This document shows positions 53,486 to 64,000 of a stretch of DNA of 64,000 nucleotides, one piece after another. Source of the DNA: Macrostomum lignano (taxonomy: Eukaryota). Both the position numbers and the translations under genes were made by a program. The stretch lies in assembly GCA_002269645.1 (NCBI GenBank), contig NIVC01003636.1:1-64000 (forward strand), in the 5' to 3' direction. Below the pieces are notes generated by a model. That model was not told where the DNA came from, did not search any database, and saw nothing but the letters and a program-made list of their open reading frames with translations. How positions within the stretch are numbered: position 1 is the stretch's first letter; every line of letters starts with the position of its first letter.

Positions 53486-53866
53486 GCCATAGCTGGGAAG
53501 GTGGCAGTTTTTGGTGAATTTTCCAGCGCAAATTGGCCCTTTTTTGGTGCACACGGCGCACATGGCGTACAAGGAAAAATTAGAAATGCTCTGGCGACGC
53601 ATACTACGATGATGCCTGTTCTGATGACAGCTCCGATGCCAGTGAAGAATCCAGCAATTTGGACATTGACTAATGAGTAGTACTCATCCATTGTGTATGA
53701 CTTATGTAATGCCACTTTTACCTTACCTTACTTTACCTTACCTTAGACTTACCTTATCATGGGGCGCTGCGGTGCACAAAATCTTTTCTTCACGGCGCAT
53801 GGCACACAGTGCTCAAAAGCCATCAAAATAGTTCCGGCGCACACTATGCCACCTTCCTAACTATGG
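53486..53866. mobile_element. MITE-like inverted-repeat element
   Basis: CCATAGCTGGGAAGGTGGCA vs TGCCACCTTCCTAACTATGG; GATAGG on both flanks. Confidence 0.5.
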
Positions 53867-54531
53867 GATAGGTGGCATAGGCATAGGGCCCAAGTAAGGG
53901 CCCAAGCTACCCAGATAACAAATAACTGTCCTAGGGAATTCATACTATGGTCTCTCCAAGCATCTTGCTTCAATGTCCCAGAATGTTCTGGTCAGATATC
54001 AATATGGACATTCTTATCCAATGTTGCAGACTTGCAGGCACATTGAAACTGGACATTACTGTTAAGAAATGTTAAAGGGTCTCTGAAAGGGTTGTAAAAA
54101 TATTGTAGTTGAGCAGTCATTCTTCTATATGTGTTATAGTATAGTACTCATACTTTGCTAAAATATAACTTATGTGATTTGCTGAAATATTATTTTGCCA
54201 AAATGTTTTATAGTCATCTTAATCATTCATATAGGCCTTTATATATTATTTTTTGTATGCATTCAAGAATTGCTTCTATATATCATACTGGACTCTGGAA
54301 AGATCCTCACACATAAGTAAAACAGCAGCATTTTTAGCTAGTTTAACTTTAAAGCCACAAAACAAAAGCTTCTTGCAAAGAAAAAAAGTTTTTATAAACA
54401 AAAGTATTTTAACTTCCATTTAGTAATCATAATTTATATCAGTTATAGGACTAGTTTTATTTGTTATAGCTAGGGGTGGCAAAGCCTAATATTTTAGATC
54501 AGACAATAGCCAATAGACATAGGTCATAGAG

Positions 54532-55423
54532 CAGGGGTCAGCAAACTTTTTTCAGTGCGGGCCGGATTGGATGACTGGCTGAGGTGGCGGGCCAGAAAAA
54601 ATGCGCAACAAATTGAGGCTATAAATGACAATTTGGTATCCTATAGAATCGTTCGTTTAATTATTTTTTGCTTATTTTCAATTCCTTTCTAATTTTAAAG
54701 TAAAAAATGAAACAAGTGAACGATCCAACAGTTGTCTGAATTGAATTTCCGCTAGTTTTTTTAGAACTGGACTTTGTTCAAAATTAGACGTGAAAAGGTG
54801 TATTGGCAGCTCGGCAGCTAATTTTTCAATCTCAAATGCATCTCCCTTTAAAAGTCCCCCAGCCCCGCCTTTTGACCATAGACATGCATATTAATGCTTT
54901 GTGCGCACACTGATACTATTTTAAGAATTCCTGACATCAGTGCACAAATTCAAATACAAGTGTATTGTGGAGAGATGTGTCCTGGATAAAATTACCCAGT
55001 GACACTCTTAACCAATGTTAAAGTAGTACCCTCGTATCGTGATGTGGCAATTGACTATAGCAAACAATTTAGCTGCCAGTACATGTAAACTGTTAGATTG
55101 TTAACTTGTTTCATATTTTTGGACTCTAAAAATAAACAGGAATCGAATTGAAACAAAAAATTATTTAACAAACAATTCTATAGGATAGCCGACAATTTTA
55201 TATGATAGAACAAATACAATCAACAACACCGCAATTGAAATTGACACAGGATTGTGACAGGAATGCCAAGGTGAAAGCTAATTTTGCTTGTAAGTTGAAT
55301 GTTTCAACACAAAATTGGTTCGCGGGCCACTTTTACACTGTTAGATAGTAAGAGTGCTGCAGGCCGGACTTGAAAATGTCGCGGGCCGGATCTGGCCCGC
55401 GGGCCGCAGTTTGCCAACCCCTG
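54532..55423. mobile_element. Non-autonomous hAT (Charlie/Tip100-type) element
   Basis: TIRs CAGGGGTCAGCAAACT / AGTTTGCCAACCCCTG; GCGGGCCG subterminal repeats; TSD TCATAGAG/GCATAGAG (7/8). Confidence 0.85.
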
Positions 55424-56224
55424 GCATAGAGGCAACAGGCATGATGGTTCTTTTAAGCTATTAATTAGGATTAAAATTAGGCATATATGTGCAACCTCTA
55501 AAATTTGGTTGGCCATGCAACTTAGTTTTAACAAAAAATGTGACAGTTTTTGGCTAAAAATGCAACTTACATATAAAAGAAATCCTAAAGCAAAATTAAT
55601 GCAACTGAGTAAATAGCAAGAGTAACTATGACTGTCTTATGAAGGAAAAATGCCTCATTATCTACTTAGTACTACTTGGATATTTATTTGGGTAAGCATT
55701 TTTGCAACTTACCTTGGTTGGCTACCAAATTGGTCAGCCGGATTGGCCGACTTGGTCAACTATTGCACATGTATGAAAAAAAGGCACAAAAATTTATTAA
55801 TGTAAATTTTAAGCAATACTTTTATATCTTATTGTGTCCTCATTATGTATCCTATTTTATTTATAGTAATATAATATCCCAAATGTAACGTATCCTAAAG
55901 GTTTTAATGATATTTATGTAATGAATAGTTATTATGTTTCATGTATATTTTGAAACAATATATTAGTAAGTAATAGAAATAAAAGCTTATTTTCATCTTA
56001 TAGTACTGTCTATTTTTTATTGCATTATGATTTTAACTAACTAAATACCAAGTAAGACAAAATGTTACTAATACATTTTATGGAATGGAATTCTTAAGCA
56101 ATGTCTCCACTTATCTTTTTCTCTTAAAGACTAGAAAATAGTCTAGATTATAGAAACTTTTTTATTTTCATAACTTATTTACTTATTTTTTTATTCACTT
56201 TTTAAAAAATGGTAAATTTGTTAG

Positions 56225-59200
56225 CAGGGTTTTTTTTTGTGCGCAGAGTGTGCGTATGCACCCTAAATTTTAAAATCGCACCCTGAAATTAAAAAAGTAG
56301 GTGCGGTTTAGGTGCGGTCTTATAACCATTTTTCTTTAAAGGCTTAACCATGCTTAAGCTATTTTTTATGCACTGCCTTAAAATATGAAACAAAATAACT
56401 CTTTAAATCCTATTAAGTCATATAGGCGATATAGCCTATAGCTATAGCCTTATGTAAGATATTAAAATATACATTCCCAGTTGTCTGAAATGTGAGCAAT
56501 GTGAGGGTTTCACGAGAGATATTCAGACAAAGGCTCCCTAAAACACGCCCCGCACCGGGCCCCGAACTGCTACACATTATAACATTTTTTGTCAATGCAG
56601 TATTTGATTGCAAGGAAAAGTTAAAATAGTAATGGAATAAATATCTTTATTTATTTTTTTAAATATTATTATTTTTTATATTCTCGTTTTCATTATTAAA
56701 TTATAATATTATTATTTTATTAATATTATTATTAATATCACTTATTGTTCACCGAATTTTATATTTCAAAGTAAAAAAAACTAAATTTAATAAAAACTTG
56801 AAGCTTAACAGAAAACGCATTCTGAAGTGTCTTTAGTTATAGTCCAATTTGTTTTAATGTGTAGCGCTGCAGGGCGGTGCGGGGTGTGTTTTAGGGAGAC
56901 CCATTCAGACAGACATTCAAAATGATTGTCTGTAACTTCAAACAAAATTGACCCGCTTCAACCATCTTTTTGGCAAATACTTACGCAAGTGTTGGGCGTC
57001 AAATAAGCTTTAATTTATTAACTGGAGTAAAAATCCTTTTGACATACATTGATTTAAAAATTGCTTAGCAACACTAGCTCTGATTAGAAATCGCTTTATT
57101 GTTGACTAAAATTGTTTTGATCGTAGCAGCCTAAAAGCAGATACTGGATTTAAAAATGCTTCGATTTACTCTATACGCATGTCTCAGCTTTAAAATGACA
57201 CCTCAGGCGTCGCAAAAGACAGCTTTGATGCTGAGATATTCGACACTAAACATGCATTGCTTTGCGCAATCTCACATTCAGAAATTTCACTGATTTTTTG
57301 TCGATATTTGTGCAGTTGCCATGTCCTTGTTTTTCATCAGAATCTTGTCAAATTCTAGTCATGTCTATACGCATGTCTCAGCTTTAAAATGACACCTCAG
57401 GCATTGCAAAAGACAGCTTTGATGCTGAGATATTCGACACTAAACATTGCTTTGCTCAAACTCACATTTGGAAACTTCACTGATTTTTATTCAATATTTG
57501 TTCAGATGCTTGTCTACTTCTCCATTTATTAACCATCGCATGGAGCCTTGCTAACATAGAAGTGTATGTAGTTACAGTAAATGGGTTTTTTGTGACTCAC
57601 TTAAACTTGTTTACGCATTCTACAGCTATTCGCCGCCTTTCATTGGAGTGATTCATGGAGTCCAGTTGATAAATTTCCACAAATTGGACTGCTTCTACGT
57701 CAGATCTCAACATTTGGAACCGTCCTTGAACTATTTCAGAGTTAAGTGAGCTAATGGCATCAAATGGAAGGCTAGTGCTCGTACTTGTAAGCGAAGCAGG
57801 TTCACAATTGAAATGGTTGTATTCATGGCCATGGGATCTAAACTGATCTGTTTTACTTTCACGATCGCTTTGGTCTCAGAAGGAGCAGCAGTTGATGGAC
57901 TGAGGTGAGAAGAAGATGTGTCACGACTTGAGCTGTTTTTAGAAAATATCTTTATCCAATTAAATATTTTCATGCGGCTCCTTAGGTTGTTCCGAATTCC
58001 GAGTCTAGAAGTCAAGACAGAAAAAAAGTTAAGAACTGCTACTGTAGTCCGTAGGGATTGGAAAGCTTAGCAGTACATTAGAAATCGCCTGTTCAATCTA
58101 AAAAGTTTGAAGTACATATAGCTATTGGGTTGCAACAACAGTAGAAAAAATTCTTCCTTTTTATTTTATTCCCACCGCTTACCTCATTCCGATTTGGATA
58201 GCAGAATTGCCACGCAAAAAAAGTAAAAACATAACAATAAACTATTTGCTTCATATTAATTGCCACTGACTGTTAATAAACGCGACGTCAATTTCTCTCA
58301 ATAACAGTTGGAACATGTTTCTTGTACACTCGTATATTTATTTGAACCGCAAAGCGGTGAAAAAGTCATGATTGGTTGCCAAATGTACAAATGTACACTC
58401 ACAGACTCACTGACTCAGGTACAATCTATGCAATATAAAGGCAGGAATCATTAAAAATCAAATACTTAAGACAGTTTAAGAGAAGTCCAGGTTTAAACTG
58501 GACATGACTAGAATTTGACAAGTTTCTAATGAAAAACAAGGACACGGCAGCTGCACAAATATCGACAAAAAATCAGTGAAATTTCTGAATGTGAGATTGC
58601 GCAAAGCAATGCATGTTTAGTGTCGAATATCTCAGCATCAAAGCTGTCTTTTGCAATGCCTGAGGTGTCATTTTAAAGCTGAGACATGCGTATAGACATG
58701 ACTAGAATTTGACAAGATTCTGATGAAAAACAAGGACATGGCAACTGCACAAATATCGACAAAAAATCAGTGAAATTTCTGAATGTGAGATTGCGCAAAG
58801 CAATGCATGTTTAGTGTCGAATATCTCAGCATCAAAGCTGTCTTTTGCGACGCCTGAGGTGTCATTTTAAAGCTGAGACATGCGTATAGAGTAAATCGAA
58901 GCATTTTTAAATCCAGTATCTGCTTTTAGGCTGCTACGATCAAAACAATTTTAGTCAACAATAAAGCGATTTCTAATCAGAGCTAGTGTTGCTAAGCAAT
59001 TTTTAAATCAATGTATGTCAGAAGGATTTTTACTTCAGTTAATAAATTAAAGCTTATTTGACGCCCAACACTTGCGTAAGTATTTGCCAAAAAGATGGTT
59101 GAAGCGGGTCAATTTTGTTTAAAGTTACAGACGATGGTTTTGAATGTCTGTCTGAATATCTCTCGTGAAACCCTCACATTCTAAACAAGACTCAAGAGAA

Positions 59201-59286
59201 ATTGCACTCTGAGCCTTAAAATCGCACCTTGAAATTTGGCACAAGGTGCGATTTCGCACCTTATCTCTGGCGAAAAAAAAACCCAG
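56225..59286. mobile_element. Non-autonomous DNA transposon (hAT or P superfamily) with long internal inverted arms
   Basis: Perfect 8-bp TSD TTTGTTAG (56217-56224, 59287-59294); TIRs CAGGG(T)9 / CTGGG(T)9; subterminal GCACC motifs at both ends. Confidence 0.88.
56530..56902. mobile_element. Mutator-like MITE nested in the above element
   Basis: 9-bp TSD ATTCAGACA (56521-56529, 56903-56911); TIRs CTCCCTAAAACAC.CCCCGCACCG; the opposite arm shows the empty site. Confidence 0.85.
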
Positions 59287-62200
59287 TTTGTTAGCAGTTA
59301 TATAAAGCAAAAAGGGTGATAAGGTAGGCTTAAATCAAAAACAAATAAATCAATGACCATGAGTTTTTGTGTTAGCATGATAGAAGAAGTCAAGCAAGGT
59401 TAGAACAAAATGAACAAAGTAAAAGCAAATATTTGAGATAAAATAGGAAATGCAAATAGGAGTAACAGGTAGATAGAAGAGGGTAGGGAAAAATAAAAAG
59501 GCATATTATTCTTCCATGATATCTCTAACTAGTTTGTTGTCCTCCAAATGCCTTGCTTTTGTTTAAAATGAAAATAGGTAATTAATCATTACTAAATATA
59601 CCAAAAACTATTTTATTAGTATATCAGATCAGGAAACATAGGCCTATTGTAATTGCTATCTAAATTAAAATACCTAGGAATGTCATCAGTTAAATAGTTA
59701 CTTTATGGTCAAGCTATCAGTTGATAAACTAATTTAATAAATTATCTGCAAAGCAAAGAAAATAAAAAAATATATTTATTTAATTCTAAAATAAGATTTT
59801 GAATATAGGTATATAATATAAGATCATTTTATAGTGTAACAGGGGTTATACTTCTGTCTTTACAAATGATTCCATCTCTGTCACTAAGTTGTTACAGGGC
59901 TTGACTTCTGTCTTTATAAATTGTTCTAATGTTGATAGCTGCCACCAAGACTATTCTATTAATAAATTATAAGTTTATTAATCTTAGAATTAGTCTGAGA
60001 AATGTTTCTTAGAATTAGTCTGAGTATATATCTGAGTAGTTGTCTGAGTATATATTTGAAAATTTGTCTGAGTATATTGTTCTGGTTGCATTCTACTAAT
60101 AATTTGGCCTGAGTGGTATATTGGTCTACTGGTATATGTACTGCATGTACTTCCAATCCTAGGCATTACCAAGATCAGAGGGTCACAGCCTCCAGTTATT
60201 CTTATATGTATCAATTTAGGATCTACTTTGTATTCTCTTACTACTTCCACTTCTCAGTAGTATATACTGTATATGCTTCGGTCTACTTCACTCTTACTTT
60301 TACAAATGAATAATCTCAGAAAATAGCTTCACTTATATTTGCCTGGAACACTCCTTTCTTAGTATGCTCACTTATTACTTCTTTCTTAGGAACTGCTCTG
60401 GAGCCAGTTGCTCTCTCCTTGGCTCAGATCGCATCTATTTATACTAAAATTTGGAGTAGTTTTAAACAAAAATTAATCTAAGATCATCAAAACATTACTA
60501 GGCATATCATATTCATATGTATAAAAACAAAGGTTTTTTGAGAATCAAAGCTAAGTTCTTTAAGATTTTAAAGGCTATTATAACTTATAATATGACATTA
60601 GAAGATAAAAAGGATAAGATGCATTACTAATGTCTATCAATAATTATAGAAACAATCTTACATTACAAGATTTTCAATGACATTGAAAAAAGTTGACTTA
60701 TACTTATAGCATGTTAAAATTACAATTAATATTGACTCAAACCCCTAACCTAGGTCTCTTTTATTGAAAGCAAAAGCTATTTAAACTTCAAAAAGATATT
60801 TAAGCCGATTAACTTTATATTTAAAAGCTTACACTAAGTCTAAGGTTTCAAACTGCATGACTGCATGAAAATGCATGACACTAGCAAGGGAGACAAACCA
60901 AGGTGGAGCATGCCCCTATGATAGGTTGAATATATTCCAATGAGCTTAGAACAAAAGCAATTTAAAGACAACTGTGGCTACTTTAAAAGGGGGAAAATAA
61001 AACTGAATAAAAATTGAGCTTGTAAATTTTAGGCAGAGTAGCTGGGCCACAGCAGTCCCACATGGCTTAAAAAAACCCCAAGGGCCAGGGTAGGGGGCTC
61101 AGGGGCTCTTTCCTCTATTGTTAAAATTGGTATAAACATATATTAAGCATAATTTTATTTCTTAGAGACCTTTACTCTTTTTAAAAGTAATAAAAAGATA
61201 CAAAAGATGTTTTTTTGTGATAGCTATATAGACTATTAAAATTTTTTTTATTTGTTGCAAAATCATGGTTACATAGTGGTAATAATGTTAAAAAGATTGC
61301 CAATGTAACCAGGCAATTTCAAGTTTATTCTATACTTATGTAATAGACAGTGGGGGGGACAGCGCACAAATTCATGTTTATTTAATCTAGAATTTATCAT
61401 TAAATTTCACAATTTTAAGTTTTAAATGGTTTTTACTTTTTTATGGTACATTAAAATGATATACCCTGAAGACCACTGTGCTGAATAAAAATTCTGCTTG
61501 GGAATGTTAAGTATTACTAAACATTCAAATATCCAACTGAAAAATTCTAGGGGGGATTTTGGGAGGAAGCATGTGCCCCTCCCCCTAGTGCCACAAGCTC
61601 CTACTTAAGCAAAGGAAAGTAACAACTAAGCAAGATAAAAGTTAGGCAATGACTAAATGCCATAGCATATTCACATGCTAGTAAAGCTAAAATTGGTCTT
61701 TGTATCTGCTGGGCTGCTGTCTTTGCTTTGCTCCAATTCTTTAGTCAGAGCCTCTTTAGTATTGCTTTGGTCTTCTTTAGTTGTCAAATCATTTTGTATT
61801 GTCTAAAGTACCTAAATCATCTCCTAGGTAGCCTCGCACACTTTTATTGACTTGCTTCTTGAGCAGCTTGCTTTCTAGCATGGTATCTGCAATAGTGATA
61901 TAGCATTGACAATTTCATTGATAAGAATCAGGAAGGGAGCATAGTATAGTCTCATGCATTATAGTGATCCTACTTATGAAGGCCTTTGAAACATTTGACT
62001 TCTTATGGCAAGTGGCTATAAATTTTGTCCAAACCTTAAGTGGTGCTAGCTTTATAAAAATTCTCTAACAGTATTCTATAGGCTTCTGCAAAATACAAAA
62101 TTATTTAATATTTGAATTTACAATAGTATGTTATAAACCAAATATCAAATATGAATCAATCAAGTAAAGTAGAAAAGGATGACTTTATAAGTTTTGGCAA

Positions 62201-64000
62201 GCTCATGTGACTATGTTATATATCATATTTCTTGATAATTTACCCTTTTTAAATGCTTTCTGCAATTAAAAAGGAATAAAAACCTCAATATTTTTTTGCA
62301 ACCATGATTTTTTTGCAACCTACATTATAAATCAAATAGCCAAATAACTATGATAGCCATATAAGAATGAACTGAAAATGTAGGTACAATGCCTATTGCT
62401 AGGTTAAGTAGCAATAGGCAAGTAGCAAAGACAAAAACTCTCTTGATCTTTATGTAGCATATGTAAGGTTTTGACACTGCACAGAGCCAAGTACAAGGGC
62501 TATCATAATAGTAGTGCTACTTTTTACTATATCTCTTGTTCTGCTAATCCAAATGACATCATTTTGCACAGATTTATAGTGGCAACTCTGTTCATATTAA
62601 CTTTAACATCATTAAAAGCAGACAATAGAAACAAAAGTTATCAACTAAAATATAGCAGGACTTAATTATAGACTTATAGTAAGTCAACGAGTTAACAAAA
62701 TTTCGAAGTGGTAGCTGATAAATTGGTAACTGTCTACAGTGAATGCTGCAAAATGACTGCAGTAAATGACTGCTAAGACCTATGAGCCAACAAAAGTTGA
62801 GCATGAATCTTGGCTTAACTGTGCCCTGTCCCCCAAAGGGTATATATAATACTCTTCTGAGCAACATTTGAATGCACATCCAAGAGTTTTAGTGGAGCAA
62901 AAAGAGGGAACAAAATCAATAAAGCTGAAGCCTAGTTTGAAATATTCTATTGCTTTAAAAGCTATATGCTTCTCCAAGTTTTTCCATTGATATCTTTTTG
63001 TCACAGCAGCCTAAAAATGTCTGAGTGCATTCAATCAAAAGTACTTTTGCTACTTTCTGCTAGCTTGTCAAATTACTATAAGTCTATGGTTGAGGTCCTG
63101 CTACATTTTAGTTTATAATCTTTGTTTCCATGGTCTGTTTTTAATGATGTTACAGATAATATAAAGGAGAGAGTTGCCACTATAAATCTGTGCAAAACCA
63201 ATATTATTCAGATCAGCAGCAAAAGAGATAGTGAAAAGTATAACTACTTTTGGGACAGCCCTTGTACAATGTGTTATACACAATTTGATTTACTGTCATT
63301 TTCCCTAATGAATTTGACAAGCATAGTTAGGCACATAGGCAGTGCTAGGAAAAATGAGGCTTATCATGTGTATTGGATTATACATTATGACTAGCAAACC
63401 CTAAAATTATAGAATAAAATAAACAATTGATCCAATATGAATAATACAGTATATATGATATATTATTAGGCCTATGACATTGAATAAAATGCAAACAAAA
63501 GCATAATAATTTCTTTAGTTCCTTATTATATTTTGTCAAAAGTAATAAAAAGTATTGTCATTAAAAATTTCTAACTTACTAAATCTGTCAAAATTTAATA
63601 ACCAATCATGTTGGCTAAATTGGCCAACATTTGCCCATGGATAATTAATCTATTGAGAATATTCTTCACATTTGAAACTATAGAAATTTATATAATGAGA
63701 AAAGTTTTGGATAATTATATTTGCATATCTTATAGCTATCATTACAGACTCAGATTTTCCTAATACCAGTTTCTTGTTTTATAAACTTCAGCAGAATAAT
63801 ACTTCAAAAGTCTAACAGCCTTCAACAAAAATATGTCTACTACCATAGCAGATCCTGCAACTGAGTCTGAGGACTCTAGCAGCGTAGTCATAGTCTGGAA
63901 GTCAGAGTTGTACCAGCTTCAACAGGCTGCACCAAATCCTTTACCAGTGCTGGCAGTGCATCAGCCCCCAAATCCACCAGCTCAGTATGGCCCAGAGTAT

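Noticed and set aside
57731-58015. ORF in the foldback spacer as a transposase remnant
   Set aside because: No DDE, BED or THAP motif recognisable; short and unsupported.
63888-64000. Minus-strand open frame TLGHTELVDLGADALPALVKDL... at the window edge
   Set aside because: Too short and truncated to support; it may be the last exon of a gene outside the window.

Overview
Eukaryotic (animal) genomic DNA. The polyQ/polyA-rich proteins, (GACA)n tracts and minisatellite-filled introns resemble the flatworm Macrostomum; this is inference, not a database result. Bases 1-38.5 kb hold three intron-containing genes, all on the minus strand. They are a PAS-domain p160/NCOA/taiman-like nuclear-receptor coactivator (9 coding exons, 38490-18936, about 1880 aa), tRNA dimethylallyltransferase TRIT1/MOD5 (4 exons, 14633-10812) and pecanex (5 exons visible, 9304-545, continuing past the window start). 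The distal pecanex exons carry single-base indels that look like long-read errors. All 16 visible introns of these genes contain tandem arrays with largely intron-specific units. One array is an amplification of the Pol III A-box end of a CORE-SINE. TRIT1 and pecanex are spaced like an operon, and TRIT1 has an AUG-less mitochondrial-type N-terminal extension. Bases 38.7-64 kb are mostly AT-rich transposon debris: LINE fragments, an LTR-like piece, several MITEs and a 3 kb nested foldback element with intact target-site duplications. This part also holds one small secreted PAN + F-type lectin gene. Many long ORFs in the ORF track are repeat artefacts.
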